Assembly (NCBI GenBank): GCA_965219995.1
Contig: CBDCOX010000002.1
Span: 544,001-608,000, forward strand
Length of the DNA stretch: 64,000 nucleotides
Source of the DNA: Candidatus Latescibacterota bacterium
GTDB lineage: Bacteria > Latescibacterota > UBA2968 > GCA-2709665
Direction of reading: 5' to 3'
The notes beneath the pieces were generated by a model. That model made no database searches. It was not told where the DNA came from and was given only the letters and a program-made list of their open reading frames with translations. The translations under genes were made by a program, and so were the position numbers. This document shows, in pieces, positions 40,796-50,720 of this stretch. Every line of letters starts with the position of its first letter. The first letter of the stretch is position 1.

Positions 40796-42583
40796 ATGTA
40801 CAAAGTGACATTGTTCCACCTGGTCCTTGCCGTCAGCCTCCTGACAACTTCAGCGGCGCGTGCGGAAGTCAGCGTTTTACATCGTGCCCTCCGTGACGAA
40901 CTCGCGCGTTCGATGCAGCAACTCCAGCTTCAGGATTTGGATCGTCCGTACTTTGTTTCATATCTCGTACGCGAGATGAAGGCCAAACGTGCCTCGGCAA
41001 CCTTCGGCAGTCTGCTCGAAAGCCGCGAAAACCACTCACGCACGCTGGACGTCGAGGTACGGGTGGGAGACTACGCCCTGGACAATACCAACTTTCGCTC
41101 GTTCACCTTCGGCGGTTCGGGCGTCGTACGGATGCGAGGCGGCCGTGTTGCATTGCCCCTGGAGGACAACTACACTGAGCTGCGGCGCAGAATCTGGCTG
41201 GCCACTGACGCCGCATACAAAACGGCACTGGAAGATCTCGCCAGGAAGCGCGCCGCCCTGCAGAACAAGACGCGCACTGAGGAGATCCCCGACTTCAGCA
41301 GGGAAACGCCGGCAAACGAAGTCCATGAAGTGCGTCGGATCGTCCTGAATCTCGACACATTGGAAGAGCGGGTGCGTCGCCTCTCCGCGCTATTCCGAGA
41401 GTTGCCCGACATCTATACATCACAGGTGCGCATCCGTGGAAATAACACCAGCTTCCATTACCTTAACAGCGAGGGTACCTCGTTTTCGGGCACGAGATCC
41501 GGGATGGCACTTACTGCGGTCGCCGCGACGCAGGCTCCCGACGGCATGCCCCTGGAGGACTTCGTCGCCGCGTACGCCCGGTCACCAGAGACCCTTCCCG
41601 GCGACAGAGAACTCGCGTTAAGGATCGTCGCGATGGGAAGACGCCTGCGCCAACTGCGCCTTGCACCCGTCGTCGAACGTTTCACCGGGCCGGTGATCTT
41701 CGAAGGGCAGGCCGCGACGGAACTGTTCAGCCAGGGGTTCATACCGTACCTGTTGTCGAATCGAAGGGCGATGCACGACAATCCCGAATACGAAGGCTAC
41801 TATCCACAAAAAGCGGAAAACCCTTTCCTTGACAAGATAGGCGTGCGTGTTCTTCCCCCATTCCTGAATGTGCGCGCCGCCCCGAATCTCGAAACCTACC
41901 GGGATCGGCCGTTGTTGGGCGGGTATCGTATTGATGATGAAGGCGTGCGCGCGCGCGAGGTCCAGCTTGTACGGAAGGGTGTTCTCGAAACACTATTAAC
42001 GACTCGTATGCCCGTTCGCGGCATCAACCGCAGTACGGGTCACCGTCGAGGCGCGGGGGTCGCGCCGAGCAATATTCTGATCGAGCCGGAGAAGGGAATG
42101 AGCGAAGAACAGATCCGAAAGGAATTCTTCAAACTCATCAAAAGGCAGAAAAAAGAATACGGCTACATCGTTACACACGTGGCTAATCCGTCTTACAGAA
42201 CGAGCGAATCGCCGGTTGTGTTTACGTCTTCCGGATCAGAAGACTACGTAGCTAAACCGGAAAACCCGATTTTCGTTTACAAAGTCTACCTGGACGGACG
42301 CAGGGAGCTCGTACGTAACGCGCAATTTTCCGGGATCGGCGCCTATACCTTCAAGGACATCGTGCATGTGTCCAGCACGCACGATGTCAACACCGTGATG
42401 TTTCGGTCTGAGGACAACTCCTCACCCTTTTCCGGTGGGGGGCGTGGCCGCCCCGTCTTCACGAGTATCGTTACCCCCCGTATGGTCCTGTTCGAGGACA
42501 TCATGTTGAAGCCGCCCACCGGCGAGATTCCCAAAGCGCCGGTTACCCAACATCCGTACTTCGCAGGTAAGGTCACGCAATAA
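40796..42583 (+). CDS. TldE/PmbA-like paralog with signal peptide, lacking the zinc motif
   Basis: Paralogous to the upstream gene (RPYFVSY, GPVIFEG, DDEGV, STGH); TELFSQ replaces HExxxH. Confidence 0.82.
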   Translation: MYKVTLFHLVLAVSLLTTSAARAEVSVLHRALRDELARSMQQLQLQDLDRPYFVSYLVREMKAKRASATFGSLLESRENHSRTLDVEVRVGDYALDNTNFRSFTFGGSGVVRMRGGRVALPLEDNYTELRRRIWLATDAAYKTALEDLARKRAALQNKTRTEEIPDFSRETPANEVHEVRRIVLNLDTLEERVRRLSALFRELPDIYTSQVRIRGNNTSFHYLNSEGTSFSGTRSGMALTAVAATQAPDGMPLEDFVAAYARSPETLPGDRELALRIVAMGRRLRQLRLAPVVERFTGPVIFEGQAATELFSQGFIPYLLSNRRAMHDNPEYEGYYPQKAENPFLDKIGVRVLPPFLNVRAAPNLETYRDRPLLGGYRIDDEGVRAREVQLVRKGVLETLLTTRMPVRGINRSTGHRRGAGVAPSNILIEPEKGMSEEQIRKEFFKLIKRQKKEYGYIVTHVANPSYRTSESPVVFTSSGSEDYVAKPENPIFVYKVYLDGRRELVRNAQFSGIGAYTFKDIVHVSSTHDVNTVMFRSEDNSSPFSGGGRGRPVFTSIVTPRMVLFEDIMLKPPTGEIPKAPVTQHPYFAGKVTQ

Positions 42584-42613
42584 CACGACGAGGCGCTGGC
42601 CGCCGACGTGCGT

Positions 42614-43618
42614 TCAGACGCCGGTGAACGCTTTGGCCTTGTCCTCAATCCTGGGCGGCCGCGCCGGACGCTCGCCGCGCAACTCGCCCCACAGGGCGAT
42701 TGCGATGCCCGCGAGGATAATGCCGCCACCGATGAGTTGCGCGGGCATGGGCACCTCGCCCAGGATGAGGCCGGCGAAGAGGACGCCGGCCACCGGTGAG
42801 AAGGAAGACGCCGTGGCGATGTCGGCCGGACGCACGCGCTTGATCCCGGCAAACCACGACAGCTGGCCGCAGGCCACCACGACCCCGCCGTAGAGGATCA
42901 TCCAGCCCCACAGTACCGGCGAGAAGATATCGGCGAAGTGCTCGATCCCGAAGAGGTAGAGGCCGATTCCGAGGAAGAAGAGCGCGCCCAGCAGGTTGCG
43001 GTAGACGCTGAAGATGCCCAGCGGGATCGACTGAAGCTGCTTGCGGCCGATTTCTGCGCCGCAAACGAGGAGCACGGTCGCCGCCGCCGCAAAGACCTCG
43101 CCGCTGCCCACCCCGCTTCCCATCCGAGCCGCCGCCATGCTTTCCGGCGAGGCGTCCATCTGCAGGAAGAGCGTTGTCGCCACGCCGGTGACGGCGCACA
43201 AGGCGCCCACGACGGCGGTCCCGCTCGATTTTTCCCGGTAAAATATCCAGGCCAGCAGCAGGACGAGCGGGATTTCTATCGTCTCGATCAGGACGATATT
43301 GGTCACTGAGGTCCGCGAAATGGCCGTGAACATCATGGCCGGCGCAATCGCGCCGGACGTGAGGGCCAGGACGGTCTGGATCAGCCATTGGCGGCGGGAC
43401 AGCCTGCGCAGGCGCGATGGGCGCCACTCCCGCTGAGTGACGGCAAACAGGGTCAGCGCCGCCACCAGGTTGCCCGCGAAGAGCAGGTTGCAGAAGGAGA
43501 TGGGATTGCGGCCGTGGATCAGATGCGCCTGACCGATTTCGACGAGGCGCGCCACGACCGGGGCGGCCGCGGCAAAGATCAGAATCGCAATCCAGAGGTA
43601 GATTCGTCCCCAAGTCAT
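42614..43618 (-). CDS. DMT/EamA family transporter
   Basis: About 10 TM segments, NPISFCNLLFAGN, LILGEVP. Confidence 0.82.
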   Translation of the reverse strand: MTWGRIYLWIAILIFAAAAPVVARLVEIGQAHLIHGRNPISFCNLLFAGNLVAALTLFAVTQREWRPSRLRRLSRRQWLIQTVLALTSGAIAPAMMFTAISRTSVTNIVLIETIEIPLVLLLAWIFYREKSSGTAVVGALCAVTGVATTLFLQMDASPESMAAARMGSGVGSGEVFAAAATVLLVCGAEIGRKQLQSIPLGIFSVYRNLLGALFFLGIGLYLFGIEHFADIFSPVLWGWMILYGGVVVACGQLSWFAGIKRVRPADIATASSFSPVAGVLFAGLILGEVPMPAQLIGGGIILAGIAIALWGELRGERPARPPRIEDKAKAFTGV

Positions 43619-43822
43619 CGGATATCCAATTGAACGTCGCCCATCACGCACTCGAACTTCAATGGCGGCGTAAGTGCGGCCAATACGCATATTTCAGTGT
43701 GATCTCTGGCTTGACGCGGGCCGCGTCGAACGCTTTATTGTACCCAATCCCATGTTTCCGCGCAAACGTGTACTCCAACCAGCCCTCATGCATTCGCGTG
43801 GCCTCATCCGTAAAGGAGAACA

Positions 43823-44206
43823 ATGGGCCGGAGACCCGCTGCAAAACTGACTGGCATGAGCCCGCAGTTTCTCGTGGCCGATCTGGACCGGTCGATCCGC
43901 TTCTATACCGGGCAGCTCGGATTCGGCCTCGACTTCCGGTACGAGCATTTCTACGCCGGAGTCGTTCGGGACGGTCACTCGATCCACCTGAAACTCGCCC
44001 ACACGCGGCCTGACGAGCGGCAATTCCGGCGGGAAAACGAACACCTGGACATCACGTTCACGGTGGAGGATATCGACGCGACGTACAACGAGGCACAAAA
44101 CCGTTCCGTCCCGGTAACGCAACCTCTGCGGGAGATGCCTTACGGCCGTGAATTTTACGTGTCGGATCCCGATGGGTATATTCTCGCCTTTGTCGAGACG
44201 AAATAA
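43823..44206 (+). CDS. VOC family protein
   Basis: VADLDRSIRFY..LGF, PYGREFYVSDPDG. Confidence 0.87.
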   Translation: MGRRPAAKLTGMSPQFLVADLDRSIRFYTGQLGFGLDFRYEHFYAGVVRDGHSIHLKLAHTRPDERQFRRENEHLDITFTVEDIDATYNEAQNRSVPVTQPLREMPYGREFYVSDPDGYILAFVETK

Positions 44207-44263
44207 CGCGGGCGTAGTGGGACGCATCGGCTGCTGATAGACGAATCCTCCGCGAATCCGGCC

Positions 44264-44307
44264 TTGACTTCGTCACCGGGATTTGTTATACGTATAATAT
44301 ACGTGTA
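44264..44307 (+). promoter_or_regulatory. TA promoter/operator region
   Basis: TTGACT; palindrome TATACGTATA overlapping TATAAT, followed by a second TATACGTGTA. Confidence 0.55.
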
Positions 44308-44343
44308 GTATCGTCTGGTGTCTTCCCGAACGGAGAATTGCGC

Positions 44344-44574
44344 ATGCGCAAGAAGCTGACCATAACCATCGACGAAGAGGTGTATGAAGGCCTCCATCGG
44401 ACGATCGGCCGCCGGCGCATCAGCCGCTTTGTCGAAACGCTGGTCCGCCCCCATGTGCTTCAACCGGACCTGGAACAGGCTTACGTCGACATGGCGCGGG
44501 ATGAAGAACGGGAAAAAGAAGCAATAGAATGGGCGGAAGACACGTTGGGAGATGGTTTCGATGCGCCGAGGTGA
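44344..44574 (+). CDS. Antitoxin (RHH-like N-terminus)
   Basis: [14 protein letters not shown], acidic C-terminus, overlaps the toxin gene. Confidence 0.8.
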   Translation: MRKKLTITIDEEVYEGLHRTIGRRRISRFVETLVRPHVLQPDLEQAYVDMARDEEREKEAIEWAEDTLGDGFDAPR

Positions 44575-44881
44575 AGTGTGGTGGGTGAATTTCAACCCAT
44601 CCACGGGTGGCGAAATCCGTAAGAGACGCCCCGCGATTATCGTCAGCAACGACGCATCCAACAGACATTTGAATCGCGTTCAGGTCGTGCCGCTGACGAG
44701 CAATCTCGACCGTCTCTACCCGAGTGAAGCCTATGTGACCGTACTGGACGAAAGACGGAAGGCGATGGCCGACCAGTTGGCAACGGTGAGCAAGCGCCGA
44801 TTGAGTGCGCTTCACGGACGCGTCTCCGTATCGGACATGGACCGCGTGGAACGCGCGATCAGGGTGCAGTTGGGCCTGTGA
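44561..44881 (+). CDS. Type II toxin, PemK/MazF family
   Basis: [46 protein letters not shown]. Confidence 0.93.
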   Translation: MRRGEVWWVNFNPSTGGEIRKRRPAIIVSNDASNRHLNRVQVVPLTSNLDRLYPSEAYVTVLDERRKAMADQLATVSKRRLSALHGRVSVSDMDRVERAIRVQLGL

Positions 44882-45005
44882 TACCCCAACTGCGGGTTTA
44901 TATTGTACGAGATTTCTGTTCGCGGAAAGGGGCGGACGGCGCACTCGCTCCGGCCGGTGACGGGTGCAATCGAGGGAAACTTCCGAAGGAGGTAAATTAA
45001 AACCG

Positions 45006-46232
45006 ATGGCGACAATCAACTCCAACTACAACAAACTCTCGGCCGGCTATTTGTTCCCGGAAATCGCAAGGCGGACGGGCGCGTTTCTGGATGATCACCC
45101 TGACGTTGAAGTGATGCGTCTCGGCATCGGCAACACCACCGAGCCGTTGCCTCCCAGCGTGATCGAACGCTTGCATCATACGGTGGATAAACTGGCGGTC
45201 GTCGAGACCTATACGGGGTACGCGGACGGAAGCGAAGGGAATCTCGATCTCAGAGAAGCCATCGCGGGCCGTTACGCGGAACGCGGCGTCGTACTGGATA
45301 CGGATGAGATATTCGTCGGCGACGGAGGAAAACCCGATTCGGCGAATATCCAGTCCATCTTCGGCCTGGACAACGTGGTGGCCGTTCAGGACCCCGCCTA
45401 TCCCGTCTACGTGGACAGCAACGTGATCGCCGGTCGCACCGGGACGATGGTCGACGGTCAGTATCAGGGAATCGTCTACATGCCCTGCACGGAGGCGAAC
45501 GGCTTCTTTCCCGCATTGCCCGAGAAAAAAGTGGACCTGATTTACATCTGCAGTCCCAATAACCCGATCGGTTCCGTTGCAACCCGCAGCCAGTTGCAGA
45601 CGTTTGTGGATTACGCCATCCGCAATCGGGCGGTGATCATCTTCGACGCGGCCTACTGTGCGTACATTTCGGATCCGTACCTCCCGCACAGCATCTATGA
45701 GATCGAGGGCGCCGCAACCTGCGCCATCGAAATCAACAGTTTCTCCAAGGATACCGGATTCACCGGCGTACGGCTGGGCTGGACCGTGGTTCCGAACGAC
45801 CTGGTCGTGGAAGACGGCGGGCCGGGTGCTGTGAACGGACTCTGGCGCAGGCGGCAGAATACGATGTTCAACGGCGCCTCCAATATCGTGCAGGGCGGCG
45901 CTCTGGCGGTGTTCACGGACGCGGGGAAGGCGGAGTGCAGTGAAATGGTGGCGTATTATATGGCCAATGCCTCGCGCATCCGCTCCGGGCTCGAGGGCAT
46001 GGGCCTCACCGTCTATGGCGGCGTCCACGCGCCGTATCTCTGGATGAAGACGCCCGGGGGCATGGGTTCCTGGGACTTTTTCGACAAGCTGCTGTCCGAG
46101 GCGCACGTCGTCGGGACGCCGGGCGCGGGATTCGGACCCAGCGGCGAAGGGTTCTTCCGGCTGAGCGCGTTCGGGCACCGCGAGGACATCGAGTCGGCCG
46201 TGGACAGCATCGAGCGGAATCTGAAGATATAG
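45006..46232 (+). CDS. dapL: LL-diaminopimelate aminotransferase
   Basis: [44 protein letters not shown]. Confidence 0.93.
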   Translation: MATINSNYNKLSAGYLFPEIARRTGAFLDDHPDVEVMRLGIGNTTEPLPPSVIERLHHTVDKLAVVETYTGYADGSEGNLDLREAIAGRYAERGVVLDTDEIFVGDGGKPDSANIQSIFGLDNVVAVQDPAYPVYVDSNVIAGRTGTMVDGQYQGIVYMPCTEANGFFPALPEKKVDLIYICSPNNPIGSVATRSQLQTFVDYAIRNRAVIIFDAAYCAYISDPYLPHSIYEIEGAATCAIEINSFSKDTGFTGVRLGWTVVPNDLVVEDGGPGAVNGLWRRRQNTMFNGASNIVQGGALAVFTDAGKAECSEMVAYYMANASRIRSGLEGMGLTVYGGVHAPYLWMKTPGGMGSWDFFDKLLSEAHVVGTPGAGFGPSGEGFFRLSAFGHREDIESAVDSIERNLKI

Positions 46233-46245
46233 CCTATCTCAATTC

Positions 46246-46470
46246 AAAACCGGAACTCACATGGATAAACAGGATTGACAGGATAAAACCAAAATACCCG
46301 AAAAAACGGACATCGAAAACTACGAAATACACGAAAAAGCGCGAAAAAAACCGATCAGGATTTACAGGATTAAGCAGGATTAGAAACCAGGAGCAGGATG
46401 AAAACCGAAAACCAGAACTCACATGGATGAACAGGATGGACAGGATAAAAGCCAAAGAGCGCGAGAAAAC
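46246..46470. repeat. Purine-rich array of ~9-bp-period motifs with a ~45-bp direct repeat
   Basis: ACATGGATnnACAGGATnnACAGGAT twice (46246-46290, 46408-46453), plus ACGAAATACACGAAA and CAGGATTTACAGGAT. Confidence 0.8.
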
Positions 46471-46494
46471 CGGTAACGGCGAGGCACAGGAAGG

Positions 46495-47457
46495 ATGAAG
46501 ATGCGACTGCGGGCCTGTATTTTCGTGATGTCGATGGGGATGGCTGCCGCGGCGGTTTCGGAGGAGAAGAAGCCGGCGCCGAAGCTTGCGGTTGCGTACC
46601 GGTTTGCCGCCGCAATCGGACAGAAAGGAGGCGGGGTGGGGCACTTTCACGAAGCGTCCGCCATCGCCCTCGATACGTTCGGCAATCTGTACGTGGCCGA
46701 TACGGGCAATGACCGCGTCCAGAAGTTCGATCCGGACGGGGCGTATCTGTCTGAGGTGGGCACGTTTGGCTGGGACCCGGGGCAATTCAGCCAGCCGGCG
46801 GGGGTCGCGGTGGGGAAGGCGGGGCTGGAGGTATACGTTTCGGACGGGAGAAACAACCGCATCCAGATTTTCAGCCCTCATTTCCGCCTGTTGGGCGTGG
46901 TTGGAGGACGCGACGTAGACGGGCCCATCCGCCTGGGAAACCTTGGCGGGATTGCGGTTTCGGAAGACGGTGAGCTGTACGTCTGTGACACCGACGCCGA
47001 CCAGGTGGTTCAGATCAGCAGTTACAGCCCTGTCGAGAACCAGTTCGGAGGGTTCGGATACGGAGCCGACCGCATACGGCGTCCGCTGGGACTCGCCGTC
47101 GGACCCAAGAACCAGGTCTACGTCTGCGACAGCGAGAACGACCGCATCGCCGTATTCGACAGATACGGAAACTTCAGCAAGAGCCTGGCGGAAGGGTCGC
47201 TCTCCGAGCCGGCGGGCGTGTGCGTGGGGCCGGAGGACGTGTTGTTTGTCGCGGACAAGGGGCACAACCGTGTGGTGGCGCTGGATCTGAGGACCGGGGA
47301 CGTGGCCGCCCTGATCGGCGGGCCCGGCGCCGGCCGGGGGCCCGGCGCGTTCAAGGCGCCGACCGACGTGGCCTTCGGTCCCGGCAGGGCTCTCTTCGTT
47401 CTGGACGGCGGCAACCATCGCATTCAGAAGTTCGAAATGTTGATCAGCAGGAGATAG
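46495..47457 (+). CDS. Secreted NHL-repeat beta-propeller protein
   Basis: Repeated YVADTGNDRVQKF-type blades; signal peptide. Confidence 0.88.
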   Translation: MKMRLRACIFVMSMGMAAAAVSEEKKPAPKLAVAYRFAAAIGQKGGGVGHFHEASAIALDTFGNLYVADTGNDRVQKFDPDGAYLSEVGTFGWDPGQFSQPAGVAVGKAGLEVYVSDGRNNRIQIFSPHFRLLGVVGGRDVDGPIRLGNLGGIAVSEDGELYVCDTDADQVVQISSYSPVENQFGGFGYGADRIRRPLGLAVGPKNQVYVCDSENDRIAVFDRYGNFSKSLAEGSLSEPAGVCVGPEDVLFVADKGHNRVVALDLRTGDVAALIGGPGAGRGPGAFKAPTDVAFGPGRALFVLDGGNHRIQKFEMLISRR

Positions 47458-47566
47458 GCGGCGAAGACGCCACGTCCTGGTCGTCAGAAATACGGGCCGC
47501 GGGTCTCAAAGGCCAGGCGCAGAGCCTGGTTTTTCCGACTCCCGACCCTTTTTTTTGTTCAAGCCC

Positions 47567-50500
47567 ATGCTCATCCGTCAGATCTTCATAATCGTCGCCG
47601 GCCTCTTCACCGCGGCCGGCGCCGCGCCTCCGCCCGGACAGCTGACTGTCTTCGATATGGAGCGGACCATTCGGACGGATGGCAGCCGGGGTCCTTTTCG
47701 CATCTCGGACCGACCGATTCTGGCGGAAAGCGAACGAGTCTGGGTGCGAGACAGCCTGCTCGTCAGGGACCTGGACTACGAAGTGGACTGTGCCGGTGGC
47801 GTGCTGCTGCTGGCGCGGGAACGTCCTCGCGGCACCCGTGTTTTCGTGCGGTTCCGGCAATTGCCTCAGGTTCTACCCGGGGTCTACCGACGGCGTGAGC
47901 GAAACCCGGATCGGCCGCATGTGCGGCTGGCCCCGGTCCGGCGCCGAAGTCGCCGGGCGATCGTGAAAACGCCGGACCCGTACGGCGAGGCGACCTCACG
48001 GCTCGACGTCGGGGGCGCGAAGCGCATACAGGTCACTGTGGGCGGCAATCGCGATCTGGAACTCAGCCAGGCGCTTCGGGTGCAACTATCCGGACAGATG
48101 GCTGACGGCGTGGAAGTGACCGCGATGCTGTCCGACCGGAACCTCCCGTTGGGACTCGAAGGCGGCACACGCAACCTGCAGGAGCTGGACCGCGTGAGGT
48201 TCCAGGTCCGTTCCCGGAAATTTTCGGCTTCGCTCGGCGACCTGGACGTCGAGTTCGACGGGACCACCTTCGGGCGATATCGCAGGCGGTTGCATGGCGC
48301 CCATTTCGCGTTTGCAGCGTCCGGCGCGGACGTGAACCTGTTCGGGGCCGCTGCGAACGGACGCTGGGTCAGCCACCGCCTTCACACCATCGAAGGCTAC
48401 CAGGGCCCATACCGGTTGCCCGGTGACGCTGACGCCCTCGGCGGCGGAATCGTCGCGGGATCCGAAAGGGTCTATCAGGACGGACGTCTGCTACGCGGGG
48501 GCGAGAGCCAGGACTACGTTGTGGACTATGAAATGTCCACCATTACGTTTACCCCGGTCAGACCCGTCACCGGTCAGAGCCGCATCACCGTGGAATACCA
48601 GTTCGAGGCCCCCGGGTCCCGGCGGCGCCTGATGGGCGCGCGGGGCACCCTGGCGCTTGCCGACGACCGGCTCAAGCTGGGCGGGACGTTTATCCGCGAG
48701 GCCGACAGGGCCGGCGGCGTCGCGGGTGTCGGTATCTCCGCGGCGCATTTTCAACCGTTCCGGCAGCAACTGGCCGTGATGGATGCGGCATATGAGCCTG
48801 CAGCGGGCGTCCGCCTGGACGGAGAACTGGCGATGAGCGCGGCGCCCGCGAAGGCGGACACCCGCAGCCAGCGCCGGGGCCGGGCTTTCAGGTTGGGGTT
48901 GGATCTGTGGCCCGGTGCGCTGCGGCTGGGCGGTTACGCTCTCGGGCGGGTTCGCCTGACCGGCTCATACCGGCAGGTGGGCGCACGGTTTCAGGCGATT
49001 GAGAACATCGTACGGGTGACGCGCGAGGGGCGGTGGGGCTGGCAGGCCGATGCGCCGGAGGCTGGAGACCGGATGGGCGAGGTGGCGCTGCAATACGCCA
49101 TCAGGCCCGGCGTCCGGTTCGATGCCGGTTACGGCAGGCGCCAGGGGAACGTGACGGCGGTCCGGCGCGACGTCGGCCTCCGGGTTTCCGATGCGCGGGC
49201 CCCGCGGGTGTTCTATCGCTTCGACGAAGTGTCCCACGGGTCGGGTCAGTTCGCCAGGCATCGGGGCCGAATCCGGGCGCCCATGCGAGGGTTCACGCCG
49301 GGATTGCGTTTTGAGTCGGAAACCGCGACCGGGTCGTCGGTTCCTCATTCGACCCTGTATTATGCCTCGGCGGCCGATACCGCGCACCGTGGAGTCCGTG
49401 TCCGGTCGGGGGCCGTGGACCTGTCAACGCGCGTGTTGGGTGCGCTGGCGTGGACGTCGGAAGTTTCGGTGCGGAGGATCCACCTCCTTGAACGCACATG
49501 GCAGGACAGCCTGCGGGCGTGGACGACAACCCACCGCACATCGATGTCCGGCAGGCGCGGTCTGTCTTTTTCAGGGGAGTACAGCAGGAGCCGGACCCAT
49601 TCCCCGCTGCATCCCGCAAAGGGTCGCATCACGGACCTTGGACGGATCAGGTGGGGGTACACCGTGTTGAAAGGGGCGGTTTCGCACCGGTTTTCCTATC
49701 GCATTTCCAGTACCGGCGCGCCCGACAGACAGCCGGTGTACGTGGTCCTCGGTCCGGGTCGCGGTACGCACGTCTGGGAGGACGTGGATGGCGACGGGCT
49801 CAAGGACCCGGAGGAGTTCGTGGAAGACGTGGAAGGCGAGTACGTGCGTTATATCAGTCCGGCCGCCCGGTATCGCCCCGTGCGCGACGCGGCGCTTGCC
49901 GCCCGGACCGAGCTTGTGCTGAAGCGGCTTCTGCGATCTCCCGAAGGCCGGTGGCTGCGGTTCCTCGCCGGTCTGTCGCTGGACGTGACGCTGGAGGCCG
50001 ACCGGCAGGCGCCGCCTGGCCAGGCCGGCGTGGCGCCCTGGTACATGTACGGTTTCGGCGCAGGCGAGGGGATTCTCCACGGGCGGCGTGAGCTGCGGAC
50101 CCGGCTCTACCTCTTTCGATACGGCCGTCCTGCCACGTTTCGGGTGACGACCCGTCGGGGCACACGCCTCGACCAGGACTTTAGGGATGGCGGTCTGGAG
50201 ACCACGTCACAGGTGTCCGCGCAGGGTCGTGTCGCACTCGGTCGCGGATCGTCGGTGGAGCTGGAACTGCAAGGTGAGGCGCGCGACCGACCCGGCGAAG
50301 GTCCGTTTTTCTACAAAATCCGATCCCGCCGGCTGACCCTGGGGGCCGATCGGCACGCGGCAAGGGCATGGCAGGCGCGGATGGGACTGGCGCTCGGCAC
50401 GGAAAGGGAGGAGAATCGCGCGTTGCACGCCCGTTTTGTTTCGGTTCGCCCGGAGATTCGACGCGCGCTGCCGGGCAGGGGGCGGTTGCGAACTTCCTGG

Positions 50501-50710
50501 GACTGGACCCGTGTCCTCGCCTCCGGAACCATGCCGTTGTTCCTGGGGATGGCAGGCGGGAACCGTAACGGAAACAACGTGGGATGGCGCCTGGGGGTGG
50601 ACTACCGGCTTGGGAGGCACCTGACCGCGATGGTCCTGTACGACGGGCGCAAGCGCCCCGGGAAGCCGGTCCTGCATCTGGGGCACATGGAAATGCGGGC
50701 CTTATTCTGA
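47567..50710 (+). CDS. Large putative outer-membrane beta-barrel protein
   Basis: Signal peptide, amphipathic strands, C-terminal MEMRALF beta-signal; upstream of a BamA/TamA gene. Confidence 0.65.
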   Translation: MLIRQIFIIVAGLFTAAGAAPPPGQLTVFDMERTIRTDGSRGPFRISDRPILAESERVWVRDSLLVRDLDYEVDCAGGVLLLARERPRGTRVFVRFRQLPQVLPGVYRRRERNPDRPHVRLAPVRRRSRRAIVKTPDPYGEATSRLDVGGAKRIQVTVGGNRDLELSQALRVQLSGQMADGVEVTAMLSDRNLPLGLEGGTRNLQELDRVRFQVRSRKFSASLGDLDVEFDGTTFGRYRRRLHGAHFAFAASGADVNLFGAAANGRWVSHRLHTIEGYQGPYRLPGDADALGGGIVAGSERVYQDGRLLRGGESQDYVVDYEMSTITFTPVRPVTGQSRITVEYQFEAPGSRRRLMGARGTLALADDRLKLGGTFIREADRAGGVAGVGISAAHFQPFRQQLAVMDAAYEPAAGVRLDGELAMSAAPAKADTRSQRRGRAFRLGLDLWPGALRLGGYALGRVRLTGSYRQVGARFQAIENIVRVTREGRWGWQADAPEAGDRMGEVALQYAIRPGVRFDAGYGRRQGNVTAVRRDVGLRVSDARAPRVFYRFDEVSHGSGQFARHRGRIRAPMRGFTPGLRFESETATGSSVPHSTLYYASAADTAHRGVRVRSGAVDLSTRVLGALAWTSEVSVRRIHLLERTWQDSLRAWTTTHRTSMSGRRGLSFSGEYSRSRTHSPLHPAKGRITDLGRIRWGYTVLKGAVSHRFSYRISSTGAPDRQPVYVVLGPGRGTHVWEDVDGDGLKDPEEFVEDVEGEYVRYISPAARYRPVRDAALAARTELVLKRLLRSPEGRWLRFLAGLSLDVTLEADRQAPPGQAGVAPWYMYGFGAGEGILHGRRELRTRLYLFRYGRPATFRVTTRRGTRLDQDFRDGGLETTSQVSAQGRVALGRGSSVELELQGEARDRPGEGPFFYKIRSRRLTLGADRHAARAWQARMGLALGTEREENRALHARFVSVRPEIRRALPGRGRLRTSWDWTRVLASGTMPLFLGMAGGNRNGNNVGWRLGVDYRLGRHLTAMVLYDGRKRPGKPVLHLGHMEMRALF

Positions 50711-50720
50711 GAGGTGCCGT

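Noticed and set aside
46234-47418. 394-aa minus-strand ORF ending in FILSILFIHV repeats
   Set aside because: It is antisense to the NHL gene and its tail is a translation of the DNA repeat
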